A stretch of DNA of 64,000 bases from Clostridia bacterium (GCA_045600165.1 JAZRXJ010000085.1:40253-104252), one strand, 5' to 3'; positions 28,894 through 39,340 are shown, counted from the stretch's first letter. Notes: generated by a model not told the origin, from the letters alone. Numbers and translations: made by a program.

Positions 28894-30639
28894 ATGAAGA
28901 AGATATCCGAGTATTGGGATACCAAAAGTATACGGACCAAAACACTGCTGACCCAGTTCCTGATGATCGTGATCCCGTTCGTGTTCTGTACGGTCCTGAT
29001 CCTTGGTCAGGTCAGTCTGGAATCACAAAGCAACAATGCGGAGACTACTTATCAGTACAACCGCTATTTTATTGATACCCTGAATACCTCTGTCCGACAG
29101 ATGGAATCCATGGCGAACACCATTGCCGGCAACCGCTATGTGAGGCAGTATGTGTCCGTGAAAACGGATGCGGAGCGCGAACAGCTGAAGCAGGACTATG
29201 TTGATACCCTGCTCAGGTATTCCTACAACCGTTATCTTCCGACAAATGATATATCCATCCTGCCGGATACGAACATCGAGGATATCCTGACAGATAAGTC
29301 AGTCCGTACATACTACAGAAGCGAATACCGGATCTGGACTTTTTCAATGCAGGACGATCAGCTGCAGGCCAGATTCTATTATCAGTTTCAGGGTGACAAC
29401 GGAAAAACGGGGCTGCTGTGCTTTACGCCCATGCCCTCCATGTTTACGGATGCGGCAGACCATATAGCGTCTGTCAATGACCAAAAATGTGCAATTTTCA
29501 GTACGGACGGGGTCCTGCTTTATTCGGCGGGAAGCTTCAGCGCAGAAGATCAGAAGGTGATGACCCAGGTAAGGGAAAAAGTCAGCGAAGGATACCAGCT
29601 CCTTGACAGCCGCCGTATTTTTTCCTGTGTACGGTCGGATGTGCTGCCGCTGTCGTTTGTTTCCATTCAACCTTTTACGAGCATCCTTGCCAATAACGGT
29701 ATGTTCATGATTTGTCTGGGACTGATCATCGTACTGCTGGCGGTCAGTATATTCCTGAGCTACCAGATTTTTTTCAAGGGAATTTCCAAGCGTATTATCC
29801 GGCTTTCGGATGCCTGTGAGTCACTGCCGATCGACAAGATCGGTGTCACCGAGGGAGATCCGGAGAAGGAGCAGGAGGGGCTGGAGTATCCTGCAATTCC
29901 CGTGATGGGTCAGGATGAGATCGGAACGCTTTCGGTCTCCATTAATGATATGATCGGTCGGATCAGCGAACTGACCAAACTGAACGCGCAGGAAGTGAGG
30001 ACCTCGCAGCGCGCAGCCTATGATATGCTTGCGGCACAGATCCATCCCCATTTTATTTACAACACACTGGAAAACCTGCGGATGATGGCGGAAATCAACG
30101 ATGATACGGAGGTCGCGGATCAGCTTTATGCCCTTGGGAGAATGCTTCGCCTGAGTATCAGCGATGCTTCATCCACCGGTGAAATCCAGATGGAAATCGA
30201 GCATGCACAGACATATCTTCAACTCCAGAAAATGAGACTGAACAATCAGCTGGAATACGAGATCGATCCGGTGGATCCGGAAATCCTGCATGCACAATGT
30301 CCGCGTTTCCTGCTCCAGCCGTTGGTGGAAAATGCAATCAAACACGGTTTTCAACAAAAAAACAGACCCGGAAGGATCCATATCTCTTCCGGGAGAGCCG
30401 ACAATACTATATGGCTGAAGGTAAACAATGACGGAGAGACGCTGACCGAAGAACGTCTCCGGCAGGTGCGTGAGGCCCTGAAGCATAATCATCCCGTGGT
30501 GAACACCAAGGGCGGGATCGGCCTGATCAATGTCAACACCCGACTTAGAATGTTCTACGGTAACGAAAGCGGGTTGACCATTGATTCGACTCCGGCGAAC
30601 GGAACGACCTGCACGCTGACCCTGATCATGAAGGAATAA
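28894..30639 (+). CDS. Sensor histidine kinase (YesM-like, two TM helices with an extracytoplasmic domain)
   Basis: TM helices near aa 15-40 and 275-300, then a HAMP-like segment. His-kinase block 'AQIHPHFIYNTLENL'. HATPase blocks 'LVENAIKHG' and 'GGIGLINV'. The start is among the clustered ATGs at 28876-28894. Confidence 0.85.
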   Translation: MKKISEYWDTKSIRTKTLLTQFLMIVIPFVFCTVLILGQVSLESQSNNAETTYQYNRYFIDTLNTSVRQMESMANTIAGNRYVRQYVSVKTDAEREQLKQDYVDTLLRYSYNRYLPTNDISILPDTNIEDILTDKSVRTYYRSEYRIWTFSMQDDQLQARFYYQFQGDNGKTGLLCFTPMPSMFTDAADHIASVNDQKCAIFSTDGVLLYSAGSFSAEDQKVMTQVREKVSEGYQLLDSRRIFSCVRSDVLPLSFVSIQPFTSILANNGMFMICLGLIIVLLAVSIFLSYQIFFKGISKRIIRLSDACESLPIDKIGVTEGDPEKEQEGLEYPAIPVMGQDEIGTLSVSINDMIGRISELTKLNAQEVRTSQRAAYDMLAAQIHPHFIYNTLENLRMMAEINDDTEVADQLYALGRMLRLSISDASSTGEIQMEIEHAQTYLQLQKMRLNNQLEYEIDPVDPEILHAQCPRFLLQPLVENAIKHGFQQKNRPGRIHISSGRADNTIWLKVNNDGETLTEERLRQVREALKHNHPVVNTKGGIGLINVNTRLRMFYGNESGLTIDSTPANGTTCTLTLIMKE

Positions 30640-31594
30640 AACCGGATTGCTGCAATTCATCCCGGAAGGCTCCGGGTGTGACACCGGTCAGCTTTTTGAA
30701 AGTGGAGAAAAAATACGTTGAGGATGGGAAACCGCATTTCTGGGCAAGCTCCGGCATGGCAATCCGAGTATCTTTCAGCAGAGCAATGCATGCGGCATCG
30801 ATCCGTTTGTTATTCAGGAACTGGATGAAGCCGGTTCCTGTTTCTTTTTTGAACAAAGTAGTGAAATAGTTTGGCTGTAAATATACTTCCGCAGCGATAC
30901 CGGAGAGGGAGAGGTCTTCACTGTATCGCTGCTCCACAAGCTGTAACGCAGTGCGGACATCCTTTGAATTGACGGACCTGGTGAGAGGAATATCCCGTAA
31001 TTCCTTCGCGAGGCTGCCGATATCCTCACTGTGGAGGATCCGGGAAGCAAACCGGCATACATTCCAGTATGGCATGACGCGGGCAGCGGAACTCAGGAAT
31101 GCGGCAAGAGTATCAGGCGGACAGTCGCTTCGCTGAAGCTGGTCTTTCAGGGCAAGAACAATGTCGTGATCCGGGAGGGAAGCCTCGACAAAACTCCGGA
31201 CCAGAGAATTTTCCTGTTGACGCGCATCGTCCGCCAATTGCTGCTGTACCCGGTCGATCATGCTATACAATTCGTTTTTGTTGACCGGTTTGATCAGATA
31301 GTCACAAACCTGCTGACGAATACTTTCCTGCAGAAGGGGAATATCTGTCAGACCGGTCAGCACCGCACAATAGCGTACGCCATATTCACGAACGGCGGCG
31401 ACAAGCTTCAGTCCGCTGATTTCCGGCATCCGGATATCCGTGATCATCAGATCGGTTCCCTGCTGCCTGATATGTTCAAGGGCTTCAAGCGGATTGATGA
31501 AATCCATGACAGTGATATCCGGGTATTGTTTGCTGATGATCCTGGCAAGACCGGTCACGATGAGCTGTTCATCGTCCACAACCACTATTTTCAT
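30626..31594 (-). CDS. Response regulator with AraC-type DNA-binding domain (YesN-like)
   Basis: REC domain 'MKIVVVDDE...DLMITDIRMPEISG...LIKP'. C-terminal AraC HTH 'YFTTLFKKETGTGFIQFLNNKRIDAA' and 'GFPSSTYFFSTFKKLTGVTPGAFR'. Confidence 0.9.
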   Translation of the reverse strand: MKIVVVDDEQLIVTGLARIISKQYPDITVMDFINPLEALEHIRQQGTDLMITDIRMPEISGLKLVAAVREYGVRYCAVLTGLTDIPLLQESIRQQVCDYLIKPVNKNELYSMIDRVQQQLADDARQQENSLVRSFVEASLPDHDIVLALKDQLQRSDCPPDTLAAFLSSAARVMPYWNVCRFASRILHSEDIGSLAKELRDIPLTRSVNSKDVRTALQLVEQRYSEDLSLSGIAAEVYLQPNYFTTLFKKETGTGFIQFLNNKRIDAACIALLKDTRIAMPELAQKCGFPSSTYFFSTFKKLTGVTPGAFRDELQQSGFIPS

Positions 31595-31720
31595 GGGATT
31601 CCTCCGAATTCACAATATTAGTTTTGAGCAATATTTCCATCACTTTTCTTAATTGTTATTATACACACAGACTGTATACTTAAGTCAAGGAAAAGAAAAA
31701 AACAACAGGAGATGGATATT

Positions 31721-32758
31721 ATGAGACTGCCGGCAAAGTGGCAACGCGGTTATAATCTGGGAAACAGTCTGGATTGCTTCAATGAGCAGAGAAATGCGGA
31801 TGAAACCAGCTGGGGCAATCCGGTGGTCACCAGAGAACAGATCCACCAACTGGCTGAAGCAGGATTTGATATGCTGAGACTACCGGTCACCTGGGAAGAA
31901 AATATCGGCCCTGCACCTGATTATATGGTGGATCCGATCAAAATGAACCGAGTGAAGGAAGTTGTCCGGTGGGGCATTGATGAGGGAATGACCGTGATGC
32001 TGAACACACATCATGAATTCCGCTGGCTTCGGGCTGATCTGGCGCTGTTGTCCGATATCCTCCCGGTCTATCGCCGTCTGTGGCAGCAGATTGCTGAGGC
32101 CTTCCGGGACTATGGAGATGAACTGATCTTCCAGGGGACCAACGAGCCTAACCAGCACGGCGGGGAAAACTGCGACAGCGGAAGCGGAAATCCAAACGCG
32201 CGTGCGGCTATCAATGCCATCAATCATACATTTGTGCGTACCGTACGTGAAAGCGGCGGTAATAACGCCACCCGCTGGCTGTGCATTCCGAATCTGGCGG
32301 CCAGACCCCTTCCGGACTGCATGAAGGATATGATCCTTCCCAAGGATGACAGACTGATCTGGACTATTCACTGCTATTCTCCGGACCGCTTTGTGTTCAG
32401 CCGGGAAGATGAGTATGATACACCATTCTTTGATGAAAAGGCACGGGATGAAGTAACGGTTATGTTTGAAGATATCCGGCGGTATGCTGTCAGTTCCGGT
32501 GTTCCGGTGATGCTGACGGAATTCGGCGCGGTCGCCAAAAAGCTTCCGGACGGTGAACACTGGAATACAGAGGAACGTATCCGCTTCCTGAACCATTTCC
32601 TGAAGTGCGCGAAGGAACTGGATCTGCCTTGTTTCTGGTGGGATAACAATTATCTGGAAACAGGGGATGAAGCATTTGGCCTCTTTGACCGGGAAAAAGG
32701 GAACTGCCGTTTCCCGGAGATCGTAAAGGTGCTTACGGAAACATCCACCCGGCAGTGA
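31721..32758 (+). CDS. GH5 family glycoside hydrolase (endo-beta-1,4-glucanase-like), cytoplasmic
   Basis: 'GYNLGNSLD', 'LRLPVTW', 'NTHHE', acid/base 'GTNEPN' and nucleophile 'LTEFGA'. No signal peptide. ATG 31721 is preferred, being 9 nt after AGGAG; ATG 31712 abuts the SD. Confidence 0.85.
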   Translation: MRLPAKWQRGYNLGNSLDCFNEQRNADETSWGNPVVTREQIHQLAEAGFDMLRLPVTWEENIGPAPDYMVDPIKMNRVKEVVRWGIDEGMTVMLNTHHEFRWLRADLALLSDILPVYRRLWQQIAEAFRDYGDELIFQGTNEPNQHGGENCDSGSGNPNARAAINAINHTFVRTVRESGGNNATRWLCIPNLAARPLPDCMKDMILPKDDRLIWTIHCYSPDRFVFSREDEYDTPFFDEKARDEVTVMFEDIRRYAVSSGVPVMLTEFGAVAKKLPDGEHWNTEERIRFLNHFLKCAKELDLPCFWWDNNYLETGDEAFGLFDREKGNCRFPEIVKVLTETSTRQ

Positions 32759-32843
32759 AAACGGGAACAGACGGGATACAGTCAACAGCCGGACGGCGCG
32801 AGAAAGTACCGCCCGGCTGTCCGATTTTATAGGAGAAAGTTAT

Positions 32844-35222
32844 ATGAAAACAGTATCGCTCAATTTTGACTGGCAGTTCAAAGAAAACGAGTGGGGAGAA
32901 ACGGTTCCGGTCAACCTGCCCCATGACTATATGGTCCATGGGCACCGTGACGCAGCTTATGGTTATGCGACGGGTTATTTTCCGGGTGGAGAAGGAATTT
33001 ATGAAAAACAACTGACTGCGGATGAATCCTGGCGGGACAGGACGATCCTCCTGAATATTGAAGGCGCCTATATGAACGGCGAAGTGACCTTCAACGGAGA
33101 TCTGCTGGCGGTGCATCCCTACGGATATACCCCGTGGAGAGTGGATCTGTCCGAATACATCCGCTTCGATGTAATCAACAAACTGAAGATCGCCACATCC
33201 AACGGGCTGAAAAACAGCAGATGGTATTCCGGCTCGGGACTGTATCGCGATGTCAGTCTGCTGATCGCGGGAAAACAGTATATCGATCCATGGGATCTGA
33301 AGATCTCCACTCACAGGGTCGATATAGCGGAAAATCAGGCAGAAATCATTTTCGGCGCGGAAATCACCAACCGGGGTTGGAATAAGGAACGGGGATGCCT
33401 GTGTCTGAAAGTGAAAGATCCGGAAGGACGGACCGTATTCGCGGAAAATTATCCGACCGCCTTTACACCGGGGCATAAGGCGGAAGTCCGCCATACGCTG
33501 CATATTCCGGAACCGCATCTGTGGGATGTGGATGATCCGGAATTGTATACGCTGGAATATGTGCTGACCAACGGCAATGAGGAGACTGACAGCGGTGAAG
33601 TCCGCTTTGGCATCCGGACCATTGAAATTGACGCAAAGCGCGGTTTCAGACTGAACGGGAAGCCGATGAAGCTCCGCGGAGGATGCATACATCATGATAA
33701 CGGATTGCTCGGGGCGTGTGCTTTCCGGGACGCGGAGTTCAGAAAGATCAAGATACTGAAGGAATGCGGATACAATGCTGTCCGGACCGCGCATAATCCG
33801 CCGTCCACCCATTTGCTGGATGCCTGTGACGAGACAGGAATGCTGGTTCTGGAAGAAAGCTTTGATATGTGGCGGGTAAAGAAGAATCCGCTCGATTATC
33901 ATCTGCATTTTGATCAGTGGTGGCAACGGGATACCGAAAGCATGGTCAGACGGGACAGAAATCATCCCTGCATCTATGCCTGGTCGATCGGCAATGAAAT
34001 TCCCGAACTGCTGGGCTTTTCTGACGGGGCTTCCCTGACTGCCATGCAGGCCCGGCTTGTACGTTCGCTGGATGAACGGCCCATTTCCGCTTCCTCCAAT
34101 GAATATCCCGCGCCGGAGGTGGGCGTGGAACCAACGCCTTACGAACCGATGGGAGAACTTAACGAGAACGGAAAGAAGATCATCGGCGTTCCGCCGAAGG
34201 ACGATGTATGGGACAGGCAAACTCTGCCATGCATCCAGGAACTGGATCTGTTCGGATACAACTATATGTACGGCCGTTATCCCTATGACGCGGTACGCCA
34301 TCCGGACCGTGTCATTCACTGCACAGAAAGCCATCCGTTCTTTACTTATGACTACTGGCAGGCGGTACTGAAGAACAATAACTGTATCGGTGACTTTATC
34401 TGGACAGCGTTTGACAACATGGGAGAAGCCGGCGCCGGACGCTCTACATACGGAGACGATAAGTCTGTGTACACGGAGTTCGTCGGTAAATGGCCGTGGC
34501 TGACCTGCTGGCAGGGAGACTGCGATCTCACCGGCCGCCGTCTTCCACAGTCATACTATCGTAAAATCATGTGGGGACTGGATGACGGGATCCATCTGTT
34601 CACATTGCATCCTAAGTATACAGATCAGGAACTGCACGGAAACGGCTGGCACTGGGATGAAGTCAAACGCAACTGGACATTTGACGATTGCTGGATCGGG
34701 AAACGGGTCAAACTGGTGGCATATGCGAATTGCGACAGTGTGATCTTCAATGTGAACGGAAAAGAAACTGAAGTACCTGTTCATGAACTGAAGGCTGAAC
34801 TGGTGACAGAATGGCAGCCGGGATGGGTGAAGGCTGTTGCAGTCAGTAAAAGCATCCGTTGTGATGAAGATGTTCTTTACACATCCGGAAAAACCGGTAA
34901 AATAGTATTGAAAGGTGAAGAAATCCATATTCCGGCAGATGGAATGAGTATTGCGTATATCCGGGTAAAGCTTGAGGATGAACAGGGTCAGGCTGTTATA
35001 GATGATGACCGGGAAATCACCGTGAAGGTATCCGGCACGGCTGAACTGGCAGGCGTCGGTTCGGGAAATCCGTGTACGGATGAAAACTATACCGATCACA
35101 GGCGTCTCTATGACGGATATGCACTGATTGCTGTCAGAAGCGGGAAAGACCCCGGAGAAGCGAAGATCACAGTTCAGTCTGACGGGATCGGGGATGCTTG
35201 CATCAGCATTTATTGCGAATGA
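32844..35222 (+). CDS. GH2 family glycoside hydrolase (beta-galactosidase-like)
   Basis: N-terminal sugar-binding 'LNFDWQF', 'RTAHNPPS' and acid/base 'WSIGNE'. 792 aa. No signal peptide. Confidence 0.9.
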   Translation: MKTVSLNFDWQFKENEWGETVPVNLPHDYMVHGHRDAAYGYATGYFPGGEGIYEKQLTADESWRDRTILLNIEGAYMNGEVTFNGDLLAVHPYGYTPWRVDLSEYIRFDVINKLKIATSNGLKNSRWYSGSGLYRDVSLLIAGKQYIDPWDLKISTHRVDIAENQAEIIFGAEITNRGWNKERGCLCLKVKDPEGRTVFAENYPTAFTPGHKAEVRHTLHIPEPHLWDVDDPELYTLEYVLTNGNEETDSGEVRFGIRTIEIDAKRGFRLNGKPMKLRGGCIHHDNGLLGACAFRDAEFRKIKILKECGYNAVRTAHNPPSTHLLDACDETGMLVLEESFDMWRVKKNPLDYHLHFDQWWQRDTESMVRRDRNHPCIYAWSIGNEIPELLGFSDGASLTAMQARLVRSLDERPISASSNEYPAPEVGVEPTPYEPMGELNENGKKIIGVPPKDDVWDRQTLPCIQELDLFGYNYMYGRYPYDAVRHPDRVIHCTESHPFFTYDYWQAVLKNNNCIGDFIWTAFDNMGEAGAGRSTYGDDKSVYTEFVGKWPWLTCWQGDCDLTGRRLPQSYYRKIMWGLDDGIHLFTLHPKYTDQELHGNGWHWDEVKRNWTFDDCWIGKRVKLVAYANCDSVIFNVNGKETEVPVHELKAELVTEWQPGWVKAVAVSKSIRCDEDVLYTSGKTGKIVLKGEEIHIPADGMSIAYIRVKLEDEQGQAVIDDDREITVKVSGTAELAGVGSGNPCTDENYTDHRRLYDGYALIAVRSGKDPGEAKITVQSDGIGDACISIYCE

Positions 35223-35273
35223 TTCATGGTAATTGTATGATGCGGTCTTCACATAAAGTCGTTTGATAAAAAG

Positions 35274-37649
35274 ATGGTGATTGATATGATGACCGGTCAT
35301 GATATCCTGCTGGAAAGAACATTTGGCGGGGAACTGCTGAAGACCCGTCTGCGCTTTTTTGAGGGCGGAATGCTCCGGGTGACCCATACCCTGAAGGAAG
35401 CCTTCTCTGAAAAACAAAGTGATTTTACGCTTCCGCAGAAGCCGGTCTCACCGGATCGGAACGGAGACAACTGCTTTTCCGCGGGCGAACTGAAAGTCCT
35501 GATCAATGGGGAAAACAGTGGCCTTGAGATCCGGAATGACCGGGATCAATTGTTGCTGAAACTGCCAAAGGCTGTCATGGAAGAAACACCGGTGGTGCTG
35601 CATGACTATTCCGAAAACGTGGATGTCCGTATGGAAAGCAATGTGGACGGAGTCCGGGCAAGGACGGAAGAAGGTGCTGCCAGAACGGACCGGATGGGAT
35701 TGAGAGGGCGGCAGTATTTCGCGTTTGCCGAAGAGGAAGGGATCTACGGTCTGGGTTCCCATGAAGAAGGCTACGGGAATCTACGCGGAAAAAACCGTAA
35801 CCTGTATCAGCACAATATGAAAGCCTGTGTTCCTGCCCTGGTTTCCACAAAGGGCTGGGAACTGGTGTTTGACATGGGCGGATTTATGAGCTTCCATGAT
35901 GATCCGGAAGGAAGCTATCTCTGGTGCGAATGCGCGGATGAATTTGATTTCTGGTTCCTGTACGGGGAAACCTTTGACAGGACGATGGGCCTTTATGCCC
36001 GACTGACCGGAACGACGCCCATGCTGCCTGCCGCGGCACTGGGCTATGTACAGTCCAAGGAACGCTACAAGGACGCGGAGGAACTGATTTCCACCGTACA
36101 GGAATACCGGCGGAGAGAGATCCCGCTGGACATGATCGTGCTGGACTGGCAGAGCTGGCCGGAGGGTCAGTGGGGATACAAGGTCTTTGACGGGACCCGC
36201 TTCCCGGATCCGACGGGAATGATCGACCGTCTGCATGACATGGACGCGCGCTTCATGATCTCCATCTGGCCGTCCATGAGCGGCGAACAGAACGAGAACC
36301 GGAAGGAAATGATCCGGAATGGATATATGCTGGGAAACCAGACGATCTACAACGCCTTCCTGCCGGAAGCGAGAAAATGCTACTGGAAGCAGGCCAATGA
36401 ACTGTTTCGGCATGGCGTGGATGCCTGGTGGTGCGATTGCTCGGAACCGTTTGAAGCAGACTGGCACGGGTGCATCCGGATGGAAGAGCACGAACGTGCC
36501 GCCGTGAATACCGGAGAAGCACGCAAGTATCTGGATCCCACCCAGCTTTCCGCTTACAGTTTTTATCATTCAAAGGGCATTTATGAAGGACAGCGCGAGA
36601 TAAGGGAAGACAAGCGGGTCATGAATCTGACACGGTCTTCCTGGATCGGTCAGCACCGCTTTGCCACCATCACCTGGTCCGGAGACATCGCCGCCACTTG
36701 GGAGACGCTTCGCCGGCAGGTCCCGGAAGGACTGAACTTCTGCGCGACAGGTGAAAGCCAGTGGACGGTCGACGCGGGCGCGTTCTTTGTCGCGCACGGA
36801 GATCCGTGGTTCTGGAACGGTGACTATCTAAAAGGCTGCGAAGACCTGGGCTACCGTGAACTGTACACGCGGTGGATGCAATACTCCGCCTGCCTGCCGA
36901 TCATGCGCTCCCACGGCACGGATACGCCGCGTGAAGTATGGCATTACGGAGAAAAAGGGACTCAGTTCTATGATGCCATTGAAAACGCGATCCGTTTCCG
37001 CTACACCCTTTTCCCCTATCTGTATTCACTGAACGCCAGGACATGGACCGACGGTGTACCGATGCTGCGGGTACCCGCGCTGCAGTACCCGGAAGATCCG
37101 ATGCTGCGTCAGATTTCGGATGAAATGATGCTGGGAGACAGCCTGCTGGTCAGACCGGTCACAGAGCCCATGTATTACGGTCCGGACAGTGTGCCGTTTA
37201 AAAACAAAACAACCGCTGTCAGCGTTTATCTGCCGGCCGGATATGACTGGTATGCCTTTGACACGGGAGAGAAGTACACCGGCGGACAAACGATCTCCTT
37301 TGATGCTCCGCTGAACCGGATCCCTGTGTTTGTACGCGGCGGAAGCATCCTGCCCACGGTACCGGTCTGCCAGCATACAGCCGCGGCGGCGGAAGTTCCG
37401 CTGAAGCTGACGGTTTATCCCGGAAAGGATGCCGAATTCGTTCTGTATGAGGATTCCGGAGACGGATACTCGTATGAAAACGGACAATACGCCAGAACGA
37501 TCTTCAGCTGGAATGACGGCAAACAGGAACTGTCGGTCCGTACGGAGGCTTCCTCCTGGAACCCGCCGGAAAGAACGATCACTGCTGAAGTATTCGGCCG
37601 CGGGAAGCTTATCAGTCTCTCGCACGAAGACAGGAAATACACGCTGTAA
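35274..37649 (+). CDS. GH31 family glycoside hydrolase (alpha-xylosidase/alpha-glucosidase-like)
   Basis: 'IPLDMIVLDWQSW', nucleophile region 'GVDAWWCDCSEPF' and acid/base region 'TWSGDI'. No signal peptide. The start is ambiguous (35274, 35286 or 35289). Confidence 0.85.
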   Translation: MVIDMMTGHDILLERTFGGELLKTRLRFFEGGMLRVTHTLKEAFSEKQSDFTLPQKPVSPDRNGDNCFSAGELKVLINGENSGLEIRNDRDQLLLKLPKAVMEETPVVLHDYSENVDVRMESNVDGVRARTEEGAARTDRMGLRGRQYFAFAEEEGIYGLGSHEEGYGNLRGKNRNLYQHNMKACVPALVSTKGWELVFDMGGFMSFHDDPEGSYLWCECADEFDFWFLYGETFDRTMGLYARLTGTTPMLPAAALGYVQSKERYKDAEELISTVQEYRRREIPLDMIVLDWQSWPEGQWGYKVFDGTRFPDPTGMIDRLHDMDARFMISIWPSMSGEQNENRKEMIRNGYMLGNQTIYNAFLPEARKCYWKQANELFRHGVDAWWCDCSEPFEADWHGCIRMEEHERAAVNTGEARKYLDPTQLSAYSFYHSKGIYEGQREIREDKRVMNLTRSSWIGQHRFATITWSGDIAATWETLRRQVPEGLNFCATGESQWTVDAGAFFVAHGDPWFWNGDYLKGCEDLGYRELYTRWMQYSACLPIMRSHGTDTPREVWHYGEKGTQFYDAIENAIRFRYTLFPYLYSLNARTWTDGVPMLRVPALQYPEDPMLRQISDEMMLGDSLLVRPVTEPMYYGPDSVPFKNKTTAVSVYLPAGYDWYAFDTGEKYTGGQTISFDAPLNRIPVFVRGGSILPTVPVCQHTAAAAEVPLKLTVYPGKDAEFVLYEDSGDGYSYENGQYARTIFSWNDGKQELSVRTEASSWNPPERTITAEVFGRGKLISLSHEDRKYTL

Positions 37650-37685
37650 TCATAACTGAACAGGCAAAAGGAGCTTTCGAAACGA

Positions 37686-38957
37686 ATGGATTTTATATTG
37701 AAAGGTGATTTCGCGTATTCTATTGACCGCTGTCAGATCAAAACCGTACAGAACGGCTATCTGGTCTGTGTGAACGGGCTTACCGAAGGCATATGGACGG
37801 AGATCCCCGAACGGTATGCTTTATTGCCGCTGCTGGATTATTCGGGTAAGCTGATCATTCCCGGCATGATCGATCTGCATATCCACGCCCCGCAATTTGC
37901 TTTCCGGGGAATGCACATGGATGAAGAACTGCTGGACTGGCTGAAGAAATATACCTTTGTTGAGGAATCCAGATACGAGGATGAGGAATACGCCCGCAAG
38001 GCATACAGCCTGTTTGCCGGAACAATGGCAAAAAGCGCCACGACCCGCGCTTCCATTTTTGCAACGATGCACCGTACCGCAACAGTGATCCTGATGGAAG
38101 AAATGGAAAGGACGGGGCTGATCACCTATGTGGGAAAAGTCAATATGGACAGGGACGCGCCGGAGAGCCTGCTGGATCCTTCCGCTGACCTTTCCGCCTA
38201 TAACACATTCGGATGGATCAACGAAACAGCCGATTGCTTCAGATATACCCGGCCGATCCTGACTCCGCGCTTTATTCCGTGCTGCTCCAACGCGCTTTTG
38301 AATGAACTGCGGGAAATCGTACATACCTATGATATTCCGGTCCAGTCCCATCTCTCGGAAAATCCCGGTGAAGTGGAACTGGTACGGCAGCTGATGCCCG
38401 ACAGCGAGTTCTACGGAGACGGCTACGCACGGTTTGACCTGTTCGGGAAACATACAAAGACCATTATGGCGCACTGTATCTATTCTGTAGATCAGGAAGT
38501 CGAACTGATGAAAGAAAACGGGGTTTATGTGGCGCATTGTCCTTCCAGCAACCTGAATCTCTGCAGCGGAATGGCCCCGATCCGCAAATACATTGAAAAG
38601 GGTCTGCACGTTGGTCTGGGAAGCGATGTTGCCGCCGGTGAAAGTGAATCTATTTTTACCGAAATCAAGAAAGCCATTGAAGTATCCAAAATGTATCAGC
38701 GATATGTGGACAATACCTGTGCTCCGCTGACTTTCCCGGAAGCGTTCTGGCTTGCCACAATGTCCGGCGGAAGCTTTTTCGGAAAGGTTGGTTCGTTCGA
38801 AAAAGGTTATGAAATGGACGCTGTCATACTCGATGATGAAATGGAAACGCATCCGCAGGAACTGTACATTTCCGAGAGACTGGAACGCAGCGTTTATCTC
38901 GGAGCTGATCAGAAATATATCCTGGCCAAGTTCGTGGCGGGCCGACGGATCGTATGA
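37686..38957 (+). CDS. guaD: Guanine deaminase (amidohydrolase superfamily)
   Basis: Metal-binding 'PGMIDLHIHAPQ', 'SHLSEN', 'AHC' and 'GLGSDV' are in the order typical of guanine deaminases. SD AAGGAG. Confidence 0.8.
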   Translation: MDFILKGDFAYSIDRCQIKTVQNGYLVCVNGLTEGIWTEIPERYALLPLLDYSGKLIIPGMIDLHIHAPQFAFRGMHMDEELLDWLKKYTFVEESRYEDEEYARKAYSLFAGTMAKSATTRASIFATMHRTATVILMEEMERTGLITYVGKVNMDRDAPESLLDPSADLSAYNTFGWINETADCFRYTRPILTPRFIPCCSNALLNELREIVHTYDIPVQSHLSENPGEVELVRQLMPDSEFYGDGYARFDLFGKHTKTIMAHCIYSVDQEVELMKENGVYVAHCPSSNLNLCSGMAPIRKYIEKGLHVGLGSDVAAGESESIFTEIKKAIEVSKMYQRYVDNTCAPLTFPEAFWLATMSGGSFFGKVGSFEKGYEMDAVILDDEMETHPQELYISERLERSVYLGADQKYILAKFVAGRRIV

Positions 38958-38998
38958 TCCGTCGAAGTATGCCTGCAGCCGCAAAGAGACCCCCGCTG

Positions 38999-39340
38999 TT
39001 ACGCGAGGGTCTCTTTGAATATCCGCATCAGTATTTCTTCGGGAATTTCCTGCTTCAGGAAAATCTGAAGCATGCCCTTGGGAGTGACCTTATAACCGGT
39101 CAGTTCCGCCTGATGCTGAAGAATGGCCGAAGCTTCCACGTTGATGTGATCCTTGAAGGGAATGAGGCGTATAAAGGAATCTCCGACATAGTAGCTTGGC
39201 AGTTTGGCCCACAGGGTTTCGACCGGCTCACAGGAACTGCCGGCATAAATGAGCTGCCGTAAGCGTTCATATAATTGTCTGATATCATCCGGGTAACGAT
39301 CCAGATATTCTGTAATCTGTTCATTCATCGGAGGTGTCAT
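38999..39340 (-). CDS. DUF1801 (YdhG-like) domain protein
   Basis: 113 aa, 'ITEYLDRYPDDIRQLYERLRQLI...KLPSYYVGDSFIRLIPFKDHINVE'. The ATG overlaps the upstream stop (ATGA). Confidence 0.6.
   Translation of the reverse strand: MTPPMNEQITEYLDRYPDDIRQLYERLRQLIYAGSSCEPVETLWAKLPSYYVGDSFIRLIPFKDHINVEASAILQHQAELTGYKVTPKGMLQIFLKQEIPEEILMRIFKETLA

Noticed and set aside
38944-38963. Perfect 8-bp hairpin GACGGATC-GTAT-GATCCGTC spanning the guaD stop codon
   Set aside because: It is short and has no T-tract. It may simply reflect coding sequence. The more likely terminator is the AAAGAGACCC/GGGTCTCTTT stem at 38983-39016, which overlaps the convergent DUF1801 gene end.
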